Origin: Escherichia phage usur
Sequence record: MN850624.1
Length of the DNA stretch: 41,906 bases
Strand: one strand, 5' to 3'
Shown here: piece by piece, positions 9,858-20,423 of the stretch
Position numbering within the stretch: position 1 is the stretch's first letter
How the letters are laid out: each line of letters begins with the position of its first letter
Translations under genes and position numbers: made by a program
The notes under the pieces: model-generated
Told to the model about the DNA's origin: nothing
The model's input: only the letters and a program-made list of their open reading frames with translations
Database searches by the model: none

Positions 9858-12550
9858 TCCTGCATACCTGCGAGTAGAGTTTGGACGTAATACTGCTTGC
9901 GCTCATCCTGCGACAGCTTGTAAGCCGGGGTCGCAGCCAGAGCCTGAACAGCCTTGTCACGGTCGCCAACACGGATAGCATCAGCCAACTTGCTGTACGC
10001 GCCCTCGTTGCGATACCAGCTTGCGCCAGCCTGATAACCAATCTGCATCATGAACTGGAACTGGGCGTCGTTGTCACGACTCCACCCCAGCGCTGCCGCA
10101 GTACCGGGCATCTGTCGGGCTACCATGTTGGTGTGATTGACGAACGTGTCGTGAATTGTACGAGGCGACCATTCAGTACCGCCGCGCATACCAGAAGCCT
10201 GACCCTCAGAGAAGTACGGGCTGCGGTCGGAGATACCGATGCCGTTGGTCTGGACGCCAGTGCTGTCACGGTACGTGGTGTTGCGGATACCTTCGAACTC
10301 AATCAGCTTGCCACGGGCAACGAGCATACGCTGCTCATCAACCCCGGCAGTATTCACGCCGTTGACACGAATCCCGATGTTGCTGGACTTATCGACAAAG
10401 AGTTTCCCATCACCGTAGACTTCGTTATTTGCGGTGGCGGCTGCACGGTCGTCTTCACGGATACGTTCCTGAATAGCCTGCGGCGTAATCCGGTAGTTAT
10501 TCGGGGAAACGTCACCCGTCTTGTTGAAGAACTGAACGTTCAGTGAGCCATCGGGCATAAACGAGTACGACGATTCGAAACCTTCCGGTGCCTTGCTCTG
10601 GTCAAGTGAGGCGATGGCGCGACCGATACGGTCAGGTGCCACGTCAGCAGGCAGGCCAAGCATAGACTGAACAGTTTGGTTTCTCGGAGCGATAAGCACA
10701 GAGCCGGGACTGAACGTAGTCTCCCCGACACGCAGCACGCGGTTGGCCAGCTTTGCAGACGCGAGTGCTTCCATACCGTCTTTCGTGATGTTCGGGTTCT
10801 TGAGTACCACGGCTTGCAGTTCCTCGCGGTACGCGGCAGACACCTCCGACATTTCCTGCGCAGCAGTAATGTCACCAGATGCGACACGAGCTTGGAACAG
10901 GTTGCGCTGTGTGTCTGAGAACAGACCAGCTAAGCCCTGCCAAGTGCGAGAGAAGAAGCCTTGAGACTCAAGTGAGTTGACTACACTGTTCACGTCAGAT
11001 TGACGCTGTGTTAAGATTTGGGACTTCTGAGCAGGGGTCAATCCAGAGTAGTCCTGCTGCTGCTTGATGTAACCCTGACCAGCTTGGTCGATGGTGCGGC
11101 CAGCTTTAATCTGCTCGCGCATGTACACCATCTTCTCTTGGTTTTCCTCTGACAGACCAGACAGGAGCTTAGTCCATGCGGTCTTGTCACCCTGATTTTC
11201 TGCCACAGTCACACGGTCAATTAGACCAGTGACGGTACGGGCAGCATCCGGGTTCATCTCATCCACGGTGCCGAAGTTCGACAGGGCTGGCTCAATCAGT
11301 TTGGCTGCGGATTTGTACGCAGATGGGAAGCCAGTCTGTGCGCCAACTTGCAGCAGGTCGAATGCCACAGAGCTGGCCGTAGCGCCCGGCTGCTTCATGC
11401 GAGCTTTGATGAATGCGTCAGCACCATCCTGCTCACTTGCGCCCTGCTGGAGCATGTACGTCTGGTTCCCAGTGGCATACGCCTGACCGAGCTGGCTGGC
11501 CTTGGCTTGCTTGGCGTAGTCCTTGTAGAAGGACTCGATAGCAGAGCTGTACCCGGAAGCAGTGATGAGCTTGTTGTCCACTAACTGCTGGAGCACCTGA
11601 CCGTACTGGCCCGGCGTAACGTCTCCAAATACAGCCTGACGAGCATCAAGCTGGCCCTTCGCCTCCAGCAGACCCATGTTATCCTGAACCTCGGTACGAG
11701 ATTTGGATTCACGAATCTGACCTTGCAGCTTGGCCAAGTCCTCAGCAGGCAGGTCATTGAACAGGCCAGAGTTAACCGCCGTCTCGACCGGGGTACGCAA
11801 ATCCTGTGAAAGCATCAGGCCCATCATGGACGTAACCTGCGTGCGCCGGGTTTCCAGCGGCAGCTTGTCGTCGGCCAGAATGGACTTAGCCCAAGCCATG
11901 GTAGCAGCCGTGGCGTTTGCATACGCACCGCCGTCACCGGATGCTTTGGCCTGAGCCGCCAGAGTAACCAGAGTGTTACCCTGAGAGTTGTACATTGCTG
12001 CACGCTGCTCAACCAGATACTTACCGTGCTGCGCAGCCTGCGTGCGAATCAGGGTGTTGCTGAACGTGAGCTGGTTCTCCAGCAGCGACTGGCGACCGCG
12101 AAGGGTCATACCATCGGTATTGTCGAACAGCCCGGTAGTCTTCTCATCAATGACTTTCAGGAAGTCTTGCGGAGACATTTTAGCGTACTCGGTCATGTTG
12201 GCCGAGATTTCAGAGGCTACGCCAGCCATCTGCATACGCTTGAATTGGTCGTTATAACCAGCTTTCTGGAACTGTGCAGTCAGCCAGTTCGAATCCAAAT
12301 CCTCAACAGCCTTACCGCTCGCGGCGGCGTTGGCACCTTTGAGATATTCTTCCTCGTTAGCACGCTCAGTGACACGGCCAGCCAACTGACTGGCCATGTT
12401 GAGTACGCGCTGGATGGACTCAGTAGGGAACGTGTCGATGCGAGTATCGCGGCCTGCGAGACTAAACGGAGTCTGAGCCTGCTGCACATTCGGTACGCCC
12501 TGTTGCGCAGCGTTGAGATTTGCGCCACGCTGGTCACGCATAATTGGCAT
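9854..12550 (-). CDS. internal virion protein, gp15-like; possible C-terminal muralytic domain
   Basis: 898 aa, second of the three internal-virion-protein genes. The C-terminal domain assignment is by positional analogy with phiKMV-like phages only. Confidence 0.65.
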   Translation of the reverse strand: MPIMRDQRGANLNAAQQGVPNVQQAQTPFSLAGRDTRIDTFPTESIQRVLNMASQLAGRVTERANEEEYLKGANAAASGKAVEDLDSNWLTAQFQKAGYNDQFKRMQMAGVASEISANMTEYAKMSPQDFLKVIDEKTTGLFDNTDGMTLRGRQSLLENQLTFSNTLIRTQAAQHGKYLVEQRAAMYNSQGNTLVTLAAQAKASGDGGAYANATAATMAWAKSILADDKLPLETRRTQVTSMMGLMLSQDLRTPVETAVNSGLFNDLPAEDLAKLQGQIRESKSRTEVQDNMGLLEAKGQLDARQAVFGDVTPGQYGQVLQQLVDNKLITASGYSSAIESFYKDYAKQAKASQLGQAYATGNQTYMLQQGASEQDGADAFIKARMKQPGATASSVAFDLLQVGAQTGFPSAYKSAAKLIEPALSNFGTVDEMNPDAARTVTGLIDRVTVAENQGDKTAWTKLLSGLSEENQEKMVYMREQIKAGRTIDQAGQGYIKQQQDYSGLTPAQKSQILTQRQSDVNSVVNSLESQGFFSRTWQGLAGLFSDTQRNLFQARVASGDITAAQEMSEVSAAYREELQAVVLKNPNITKDGMEALASAKLANRVLRVGETTFSPGSVLIAPRNQTVQSMLGLPADVAPDRIGRAIASLDQSKAPEGFESSYSFMPDGSLNVQFFNKTGDVSPNNYRITPQAIQERIREDDRAAATANNEVYGDGKLFVDKSSNIGIRVNGVNTAGVDEQRMLVARGKLIEFEGIRNTTYRDSTGVQTNGIGISDRSPYFSEGQASGMRGGTEWSPRTIHDTFVNHTNMVARQMPGTAAALGWSRDNDAQFQFMMQIGYQAGASWYRNEGAYSKLADAIRVGDRDKAVQALAATPAYKLSQDERKQYYVQTLLAGMQE

Positions 12551-12552
12551 GA

Positions 12553-13287
12553 TTAGCCCCCAAGCAAGCTACCGGAGCTGTAGCCCGTGTAGCGATTAGA
12601 ACTGTACTGAGCAGGAACCGGGTCAAATTCCCCAGCTTTCTGCATCCAATTGGTAGTGCCGAGCTGAACCGTGCTCGCACCAGTATTCCCGGACAGGCCA
12701 CCCAACCCGCTACCACCCTGAGTACCTGTGCCTTTGGCACCCTCAGTAGGCATGTAGTCGAAGCTGGTCTGCGCGAGGCTGGAAGCGAACTGCATTGCAG
12801 ACACGCCGATGGCGCGGCCAACAATCATGCTGTTGCTCGCAGGTTTCTGAGAGTATCGCTGTGCGGCGACTGCCGTGTTCACAATATCCTCAATGCTCGT
12901 GTCCAGATTCATCTCCTGAATCTGCTCATTGAACCGGGTCTGCGCTTGGCTTTCCTGATTCTGACGACTGATATCGTTGACTGATTCGTCAACCGATGCA
13001 CCTTCAATACCAGCGGCGGCGGCGTTGTTGATGCTGGCACCTGCTGCCCGGTTAGCTTCCTTGTTGATGTTGTACAGGTCGGTGCCAGTTTGCTGCCGGA
13101 GTAGGCCACGCTGGAGATTGACGGTGTTGATGCGCTGGCCCATTGCCTGCCACGTCTGCTTGTTCAGGCGTTCATTCTCTGCCTGCACAGCTTTCATCTG
13201 CGCACGCTCTGCTCGTCCTTGAGCATAGGTGGTGATGAAAGAGTTCGTGGCGTCGGCACCAGCTTTAGCAAAAGCTGCCCAACCCAT
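12553..13287 (-). CDS. internal virion protein, gp14-like
   Basis: 244 aa, Gln/Asn/Ala-rich, directly after tail tubular protein B. Confidence 0.55.
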   Translation of the reverse strand: MGWAAFAKAGADATNSFITTYAQGRAERAQMKAVQAENERLNKQTWQAMGQRINTVNLQRGLLRQQTGTDLYNINKEANRAAGASINNAAAAGIEGASVDESVNDISRQNQESQAQTRFNEQIQEMNLDTSIEDIVNTAVAAQRYSQKPASNSMIVGRAIGVSAMQFASSLAQTSFDYMPTEGAKGTGTQGGSGLGGLSGNTGASTVQLGTTNWMQKAGEFDPVPAQYSSNRYTGYSSGSLLGG

Positions 13288-13289
13288 AT

Positions 13290-15734
13290 TTAAATTCTCC
13301 GAGTGCGATTGTAGAACTTGACGTAATAACCCAGCCCCTGAATATTCAGGTCGCCAGCCGTAGACGAATCAACGACCATGCTGCTGGATTCGACCTCAAG
13401 GCCCATGCGAACTTTCAGGTGCGCACGTTTCGCCAGCATTGCAGATTCCAATCCGAGTTCCTTACTGGTGTAACGAATCGGGCTGGACTCAATGTTGTAG
13501 GCGTCGTATGCTCCCCGGTCGGTCGCCGTGATATTGAACAGGCTGGTGTACCGCAGGGTGAAGTTATAGAACATCACGACCATCTTGTTCACGTCCATGT
13601 ACGAGCCGTCACCGTTGAAGATGCGCGGCGGCGTAGGACTGAACAGTGCTGTGAAGCGCAGGCCAACCCACAGAGTTGTGGAGCCATAAGATGGTTGCAG
13701 GTACAGACGGCGGTTCGTGGTGTCCACTGACTTGATACCGACCTCGGCACCAATGTAGTCGCCGGACGGCACAACCGTGGTCATGAAGTCAGTGTTGCCA
13801 TCGGCCAGATACCGGGCCTGAATAATATCCCACAGCGCTTTCTGCACGCCATCGGCAGCGAACTGGATGTACGAGCTATCAGTGCTTGGGTTGGTCACGG
13901 TCATGTTCTGCGCATAGTCCATCGCAGGCAGGAATCGTGCTGGGTCAGTCGGGTCTGGTGAATCACGCATAGACAGCGTGAGCATGTGCATGTGGCCATT
14001 CTGCTCAACCAGCGCCACCAGAACCTCACGGACAAACCACGCTGCGTGGATAGTGCCGTACAGCTCCCAGCGATGCCACGAGGACATTACCTTCTCATCC
14101 CCTGACCAGAGGTACTCGTTCACGTACAGTGTCGAGCGCTCAGTGGTCGAGCCAAACACGACGATGTTATTCGTGGTGCTGGCCGAGATGTAGCTGTTAG
14201 CCCCTTCCAGATAGGTCGGCAGGTGGTCGGTCACGTCCTGACTCACGTACTGCAAATCCGTGTAGCCGGACGGCAGCATCTCCTTGATGGAGAACGAGCT
14301 GTTCGAACGCGGGTACGAATAATACAGGCTGCGGCCAGAGGTGGTCGGCGCTACGCCAGTGTCCATCTGGTACGTCGAGGTGAGCACAGCCGTGGCGTTG
14401 CTCGGTGACAGAATCTGGTTACGTCCGGGGATGACGGCCTGATGTTCTTCACTGGCCAGAATCAGGTCAGAGTTGAACGGGATGCCATACCGGAACGATG
14501 CGCCAGCGAAGCTCGACGCGGTGAACTCAATGCGGTCACTCTCCAACAACTGGGTCACAGTGGTGCGGAAGAAGTTAGTCCGGTCATCCTTGTCGCTGGA
14601 ACCCATGGTGATGTACGGGCCAGAGAAGATAATCAGGCGACCTTGGAACGATGCCAGCCCAGTGATGCCCACGCCATTGGCGTCGGTGAATGCAGGAATG
14701 GCGTTGGTCTTGTCATCGCCAGCAGTACGCCCCGGCCAAGAGCCTTGAGCGAACGAGTGCTGATTGAGCGTGCTGGTCGTGTTGAATACCAGCGGCATAC
14801 CACTTGGGTTAATCCCGGTCGGTGAGCCGTAGGCACCCTTCTCCACCCAGCGCGAGTTGGCGTAATCCCACTGGAAGTATTGCGCAAAGCTGTCATCACC
14901 TACGGTCATGATGAAGCCACCAGCCTGAGTCGGCAGACGTGCCGGGAGCTTGGTGGTCAGGTCAACCCTGTGAGTGTTTGATGCGATGGCATACGTTGAG
15001 CCAGTGTTCGTGGACACGTTCAGGTCAGTGTAAGCGGCAGTCGTCTGGAGGTACATGTACGCCCCATCCGTCTGCACAACCTCAAGCCCGGTAGAGCCGC
15101 CAATGGCAGTGTCGAGCTGAGTCTTCAACTGGCCAATGATATACTCGGCAGTGGCCTTGGTAGCATCACCAGCGGTAGTGCCGTCCGGTGTGGTGTATGA
15201 GGCGCTGTATGCGCCGCCGCTCGTCTCAATGCGAACAGTGTACTGCTTGCCATAGGCACCAGCCAAAACGAAAAAGTAACCCCGGCGACCCGGATTCATT
15301 CGCGTTTCGTTCTCAAGCAAAACAGGTAGCTTCGAACAGTTGGCCACATACATCGTGTTGCCTACGGTCGTGAATACAATGTCGTCAGGGTTGGAGGTAA
15401 TCAGGTAGTTGGACTGCCCCATGAATTGGACAGTCTCAGTCTCAACGAAGGAGGTGACGTACCCGGTCAGCGTATTGACCACGAAGGTAGTTACACCCCA
15501 CCCAAGGTTGGTTGTGTAAAAGCGCAGGTGGCCAAAGTTACCAAGGCTCCAGACACTGGCGTTGGTGGAGTCCACCAGTTTAGTGTCGCGGGTGCCGGGG
15601 CGTTTACGCAGGCCACGCACGGTATCAGAGGTCATATTGACCTGTTCCTCAACCTGCGATAGCTGGCGGTCAGTGTAGACCTGCTGGCTCACGCCGCCGA
15701 GGATGGATTTATAAGCGCCTTGGTATACTGGCAT
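13290..15734 (-). CDS. tail tubular protein B (gp12-like)
   Basis: 814 aa, immediately after the ~200 aa tail tubular A gene; same size class as T7 gp12. Confidence 0.8.
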   Translation of the reverse strand: MPVYQGAYKSILGGVSQQVYTDRQLSQVEEQVNMTSDTVRGLRKRPGTRDTKLVDSTNASVWSLGNFGHLRFYTTNLGWGVTTFVVNTLTGYVTSFVETETVQFMGQSNYLITSNPDDIVFTTVGNTMYVANCSKLPVLLENETRMNPGRRGYFFVLAGAYGKQYTVRIETSGGAYSASYTTPDGTTAGDATKATAEYIIGQLKTQLDTAIGGSTGLEVVQTDGAYMYLQTTAAYTDLNVSTNTGSTYAIASNTHRVDLTTKLPARLPTQAGGFIMTVGDDSFAQYFQWDYANSRWVEKGAYGSPTGINPSGMPLVFNTTSTLNQHSFAQGSWPGRTAGDDKTNAIPAFTDANGVGITGLASFQGRLIIFSGPYITMGSSDKDDRTNFFRTTVTQLLESDRIEFTASSFAGASFRYGIPFNSDLILASEEHQAVIPGRNQILSPSNATAVLTSTYQMDTGVAPTTSGRSLYYSYPRSNSSFSIKEMLPSGYTDLQYVSQDVTDHLPTYLEGANSYISASTTNNIVVFGSTTERSTLYVNEYLWSGDEKVMSSWHRWELYGTIHAAWFVREVLVALVEQNGHMHMLTLSMRDSPDPTDPARFLPAMDYAQNMTVTNPSTDSSYIQFAADGVQKALWDIIQARYLADGNTDFMTTVVPSGDYIGAEVGIKSVDTTNRRLYLQPSYGSTTLWVGLRFTALFSPTPPRIFNGDGSYMDVNKMVVMFYNFTLRYTSLFNITATDRGAYDAYNIESSPIRYTSKELGLESAMLAKRAHLKVRMGLEVESSSMVVDSSTAGDLNIQGLGYYVKFYNRTRRI

Positions 15735-16339
15735 TATCCTCTCCGAGCACTCTCATATCGCCACCAGCTCTGACGCTGGCGTGCATTGAATCGACGTTGA
15801 CGGGTATGGATTGACTGGCACTGCTGCAACGCCATGGCATAGCCGCCTGTCACGCTGGCCGGAGGGTTATCCCCAATGTCGTCGGCGTAAGCTGAGATAG
15901 CTGCTTGATATGCAATGAGTCGTTGAACAGGACTCGGTAGGTCATCCCACCCCAAATCATAAGTAACCAATCCCGGAACATCCTCAGTAAAAACAAAGGT
16001 TTGGGATTGCGCGTTGTAAAGATACCCGCCTCGCACAATACACTCAAACCCATCGGGGATGAAGCTCAGTGCGTCTGCGGGATATTTGACTCGACCATCC
16101 GACTCGCGTGGAATGGTGATTCGGATATTGTTGAACCACCAGCCATCGGTGAGGACTTCTTCCGTCGCCACGTTAATCTTGTCAAGCGCAAGGGTAACGG
16201 ACGGGTTTCGAATCTCAGTCGAGGATACGGTGTGCTCCGACAATGCCCGAAGAACAATATTAACTGCTTCGAGTAAAGTCATAAAACCTCCAGTGACAAT
16301 CATAGAAGCCCCTCGTGAGAAGGGCTTCGAGTTTGCCAT
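15734..16339 (-). CDS. tail tubular protein A (gp11-like)
   Basis: 201 aa, directly downstream of the major capsid gene. Confidence 0.75.
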   Translation of the reverse strand: MANSKPFSRGASMIVTGGFMTLLEAVNIVLRALSEHTVSSTEIRNPSVTLALDKINVATEEVLTDGWWFNNIRITIPRESDGRVKYPADALSFIPDGFECIVRGGYLYNAQSQTFVFTEDVPGLVTYDLGWDDLPSPVQRLIAYQAAISAYADDIGDNPPASVTGGYAMALQQCQSIHTRQRRFNARQRQSWWRYESARRG

Positions 16340-17331
16340 TAGGCTTCGGTAGTAACCACGCCTACCACGTCAGGACGACGCTGACCCACGGTGTACATGT
16401 GGAAGCTGTCCAGAACGTTGGTCAGTTCACGTTCGTCATCCCACACGCGGTTGAACAGCGGTTGGGCTTCGACAGTGACCAGAGCCAGAGACGGGTCGAA
16501 GATAATCATCTTACGCTTGATTTCTTCGGCGGTGACGTTGAAGTCGGCACCGAGGATGTGGCTGGTGATTGCTGCCTGCGGGAATGCGTTGCTCTCGATG
16601 ATACGGATACCGTTCACGTAAGCAACACGACGCATAGCGAAGTCGTTCACACCACGACCACCAGTGAACTCAACGTTCATCAGTTTCTTGTGCTCCAGCA
16701 GGATGCTGAACCACGCCGGGTCAATCAGCGTCACCAGACGGCCAAGGTCGGCATCGCGGCGAATGAACGCCTCAATGACTTTCTTGTGGCCATGCACCAG
16801 TGCGCTTGCATCTGCTTCCTCAGAAGCCACGGTGCCAGTCAGCGTTACCTTCTCCTTGATGCCGGAGTTGAACGCGCCTGCCAGAGAGGTCGGAGGAACG
16901 AAGTCAGCAGACTTCTGGAGCTGGATGACGTGCGCTTGGTCGAACGCTTTCGCCTGCGCAGTACCCATGTTACGGGTCAGCTCAGCACGGAAGTCCGGCG
17001 CAGTCCAGTCGTCCTGATAGTCAATCGGGATACGGATGTAAGACACGGTATCCACAGTGACAATCAGCTTCTCAGAGCGAACAGGCTGGTTGTCCAGAGA
17101 CTGACCAGACTTACGGCCCTTCACAGACACGGAGCCGAGACGGTCGCCACGCCAAGTGTTGGACTGGTTCGCAACAGACTTGAAGTTGGTCAGGCCGCTG
17201 CGGAAGATGGAGTTGTAGATGAACTGGGTCTGCACATCACGGTCATACACCTCAAGGTGAATGTCGTTATCAGAGTTCGCGCCACCCCAGTGTGGACGGA
17301 ACTGATTCGGCTGATAGTAGTTGTCGGCCAT
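16339..17331 (-). CDS. major capsid protein
   Basis: 330 aa; follows the scaffold gene; 'AAGGA' RBS 7 nt before the ATG at 17331. Confidence 0.85.
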   Translation of the reverse strand: MADNYYQPNQFRPHWGGANSDNDIHLEVYDRDVQTQFIYNSIFRSGLTNFKSVANQSNTWRGDRLGSVSVKGRKSGQSLDNQPVRSEKLIVTVDTVSYIRIPIDYQDDWTAPDFRAELTRNMGTAQAKAFDQAHVIQLQKSADFVPPTSLAGAFNSGIKEKVTLTGTVASEEADASALVHGHKKVIEAFIRRDADLGRLVTLIDPAWFSILLEHKKLMNVEFTGGRGVNDFAMRRVAYVNGIRIIESNAFPQAAITSHILGADFNVTAEEIKRKMIIFDPSLALVTVEAQPLFNRVWDDERELTNVLDSFHMYTVGQRRPDVVGVVTTEA

Positions 17332-17351
17332 GTGAAATCCTTACGAAGAAA

Positions 17352-18581
17352 TTAGTAACCCTGAGCTTTGGCCTGACGGCGCTGCTCTACCAGTACGGCG
17401 TAGTGCTTGTTGTATTCCGGGGAACCAACAGGATGCGCCTGCTCAAGCCAGCCAAGGTGCTGACGGAATGCCTCGTTTGTCATAACATCACGAGGTGCTT
17501 GACCGCCACCATTAGGCGTCAAACTTTGTCCAGAACGCTGAATCATGTTCCCTTGGGAACCAGCAAACTGGAGGATGGTGTTCACTGCCAGACGCACCTG
17601 ATTAGGGTCGCCGGAGTTCACAGCCGCTACTACTGCATCAACCGTTGCTTTATCAGCGCCAGTGTTGAATGCCTGTACCGCCAGACCCCAACGCTCTTGG
17701 CCGCCAGCCATCTGGTAAACCTGCTGCTCGATTGCAGCATCGCGCTGCTGACCAGCGGCAACCAGTGCGCCGAATTGACCTTTGAGGATGGCTACAGTCT
17801 GAGGGTCGAACTGTGCCAGATAGCGCTCGTTCACCAGAGTAGGGTCACGACGCTCGTAGGCAGAACCGAACGCTGCAAGCAGGTCGATGTTCTGGCCACG
17901 GGCAATGGTGTCCATACCTTGGAACACTGCGCGGCTGGTGTCGTCCGGGAAAATCTGAGCAACCTGCTCTGCGGTCAGCCCACCTTCCTGCGCCGCCAGC
18001 TTATCTGCTGTCAGGTTAGGATTCTGGAACTGCTGCGGAGGCTGGCCCGGCTGCTGCTGCAACTGCTGGAAAGGCTGCTGCTGCTGAGGTGCCTGCTGTT
18101 GCGGTTGCTGCTGCTGAGGCTGCTGCCCATAAGGGTTGAAGCCATACGCAGGGTTGTTCGGTGCTAAGCCCGGCTGCTGTGCCGGAGCCGCTTGGCCCGG
18201 AGGCGTGTAGCCCTGTTGCGGATACCCATTAAGCGGAATAGGTGGTGCCGCAAACGGGCTTTGCGGTTGCGGAGCACCATACGGGTTCTGCTGAGGTACG
18301 GGTGCGTAAGGGCTTGGGTTTCCCTGCTGCTGTTGGGCATACGGGTTGTACTCCTGATTTGGAATCAGGCCCGGCTGTTGACCGAACGGCTGTTGCGGCT
18401 GCGGAGTTGCACCACCTCGCGGCAGTTCAATCGGCGTGCCTAAGCGTCCGAGCGCTGGGTTCTGTACCACCTGTGGGCTTCCACCATAATCATTACCGCT
18501 GTGACCAGAGGGAGCATAGGTCGGGCCAGCGGGTACGTTTTGGGGAGCGGGTGCGGCAGTAGGTTGGTATTCACCAGACAT
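17352..18581 (-). CDS. scaffolding protein (Gln/Pro-rich)
   Basis: 409 aa between portal and capsid; long low-complexity N-terminal half (QQPQQQQPQQQAPQQQQ...). Confidence 0.65.
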   Translation of the reverse strand: MSGEYQPTAAPAPQNVPAGPTYAPSGHSGNDYGGSPQVVQNPALGRLGTPIELPRGGATPQPQQPFGQQPGLIPNQEYNPYAQQQQGNPSPYAPVPQQNPYGAPQPQSPFAAPPIPLNGYPQQGYTPPGQAAPAQQPGLAPNNPAYGFNPYGQQPQQQQPQQQAPQQQQPFQQLQQQPGQPPQQFQNPNLTADKLAAQEGGLTAEQVAQIFPDDTSRAVFQGMDTIARGQNIDLLAAFGSAYERRDPTLVNERYLAQFDPQTVAILKGQFGALVAAGQQRDAAIEQQVYQMAGGQERWGLAVQAFNTGADKATVDAVVAAVNSGDPNQVRLAVNTILQFAGSQGNMIQRSGQSLTPNGGGQAPRDVMTNEAFRQHLGWLEQAHPVGSPEYNKHYAVLVEQRRQAKAQGY

Positions 18582-18593
18582 GTAATCTCCAAA

Positions 18594-20159
18594 TTAAATC
18601 TGAGCGACGTTCGGCGCTACATCGACTGCGCCCGGCTGTACGCCTGCGGCAGCGGCTGCTGCTCTGTCGATTTGCTGACCTTCATTTGCGAGGTCTTGCG
18701 CTGACTTACGATAGTCATCAAGCGCGACGCCGTTGGAAGCGAAGATAACCTCAATGACCTTCTGCGGGTCAATGACGTTGGCAACGCCGTTAATGTTTTG
18801 GACAGCAACCATTGCTGCCTGCGAATCCGAGAGCGCACGAATAAGCGTCTCAGCTTCGATGCTGCGACCGAGGGCATCCAGACCAGCTTCAACTTGAAGC
18901 GTCAGGATATCGCCCACAATGTCAGGTACGGAGGACTCGTCAATCTCTGCGAGCAAGACGTATGCCAGAGGAATCTGGAGGGTCTTTGCCTGCATTGAGT
19001 ACGGGCCACCCAGCCCACGTTCGGCGCTGGTTGCTACCTGCTGCACTTCGGTTGCGGTGGTACGCTCCGAGTCACGGAACTCACCAGTGTACATGAACGC
19101 CTGCGCGAGTCGCTGCACAATCTGGTTAATTTCGTCACGGGCCTGTTGAACTTTCTGGTAATCCCCGACCTCAAGACCAGACAGCGTGGTGCCATTCTGG
19201 AGAGGTACGACCTGCCCGGTCTGCGCGGATTCAATGTCATCGACGTTGCCGCCAGAACCAGTCAGCATCCACAGGACACGCAGCGCCTCTTGCATGTACA
19301 GAGCTGAGTGCTCAGACAGCATCGACAGACGTGCGAAATCCCCAGCGTGGTCTTCGACAATCCCGCGACCATAATGCTCGCCAGACTTCAAAGACCACAC
19401 TGGGAAAATCCAAGGGCAGACTTTTTCAGGGTAGTAATCTTTACCGGGGGTGTAGACACAGCCTTGGTAGTTGCCCACCTGCTGCGTTACTTCATAGCCA
19501 TACAGCCCACTGTCCTTCCGAACTCGGAGGACGCGAGTGTACAGCCACACACGTTTGTTGCCACCACAGCGGAAGCCCTTGGCGTTCAGCATGTCCTGAA
19601 ACGCTTTGTCGAGGGAATCCCACTGGATGCGTTCTTTGACCACGGCGTCCGTAACAACGCCACGACCGTCGCGCTGCACCACGAAGGATTCCAGCCCGTA
19701 CACTCGGTACGTTCCAGTTTCCATATCGCGGTACAGCGCGGCGTTACCAGTGACTGCTTGTTGGGCAATGGTCATTAACAGGTCAGCGTAGCCGCCATTC
19801 TCTTTGGCTTTGTCTACGATGCCCTTTTCAATAGTGATGAGTGCCTGATTAACCTTAGACATTTGCTGCCGCTGTTGGTCAGACACCTTATCGAGTTTCA
19901 GCTTTACGAACCGGGCTGATGCCGGGAACAGGAACTCACCCAGTCGAGCGACGAGGTTGTTAACGAGCAGAGCGCCGACAGATTGGTAGTCACGAGTAAT
20001 CTGCTGGCGGTTCATGTCGTCTACTTCGGCGCGGTCGTATTCACTGACCAGCTTGGCCAACGTGTAACGACTGTACTCACGAGCCTTGGTGACTACGTTA
20101 CTGTCCCGGTACTTTTGCCAGAGCGATTCATAGCTGACGTTCTGCGCGTCATATGCCAT
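18594..20159 (-). CDS. portal (head-tail connector) protein
   Basis: 521 aa, size and position match T7 gp8. Confidence 0.85.
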   Translation of the reverse strand: MAYDAQNVSYESLWQKYRDSNVVTKAREYSRYTLAKLVSEYDRAEVDDMNRQQITRDYQSVGALLVNNLVARLGEFLFPASARFVKLKLDKVSDQQRQQMSKVNQALITIEKGIVDKAKENGGYADLLMTIAQQAVTGNAALYRDMETGTYRVYGLESFVVQRDGRGVVTDAVVKERIQWDSLDKAFQDMLNAKGFRCGGNKRVWLYTRVLRVRKDSGLYGYEVTQQVGNYQGCVYTPGKDYYPEKVCPWIFPVWSLKSGEHYGRGIVEDHAGDFARLSMLSEHSALYMQEALRVLWMLTGSGGNVDDIESAQTGQVVPLQNGTTLSGLEVGDYQKVQQARDEINQIVQRLAQAFMYTGEFRDSERTTATEVQQVATSAERGLGGPYSMQAKTLQIPLAYVLLAEIDESSVPDIVGDILTLQVEAGLDALGRSIEAETLIRALSDSQAAMVAVQNINGVANVIDPQKVIEVIFASNGVALDDYRKSAQDLANEGQQIDRAAAAAAGVQPGAVDVAPNVAQI

Positions 20160-20162
20160 TCG

Positions 20163-20423
20163 TTAACTCCCGATGCCGAGGTTGCTTGCTACACCCGTTC
20201 CGGTGCGGCGGCGTCGGCTCGATAAAGTGTCGGAGGCCGAAGTAACCTGACCACCTGCCTGAATCGTCGGGGTGTTATCGTTCGCCAAATCAGCCTGCAA
20301 GTTCGCATTCAAGGTTTCAGCCTTGACCTGATTCGGGTCGGTCTTAATCGTGTACTGGGGTTTCTGGCTGCCGAGTCCAAAGACCGAGCCAATCCCCTTG
20401 AAAACTTTACCTACGCTACCCAT
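20163..20423 (-). CDS. small virion protein, gp6.7-like (hypothetical)
   Basis: 86 aa Gly/Ser/Thr-rich with a basic C-terminal stretch (SRRRRTG), immediately upstream of the portal gene. Confidence 0.4.
   Translation of the reverse strand: MGSVGKVFKGIGSVFGLGSQKPQYTIKTDPNQVKAETLNANLQADLANDNTPTIQAGGQVTSASDTLSSRRRRTGTGVASNLGIGS

Noticed and set aside
17352-18581. Gln/Pro-rich low-complexity protein as a possible host-interaction or prion-like factor
   Set aside because: Its position between portal and capsid and its size fit a scaffolding protein; the low-complexity region is most simply a flexible scaffold segment.
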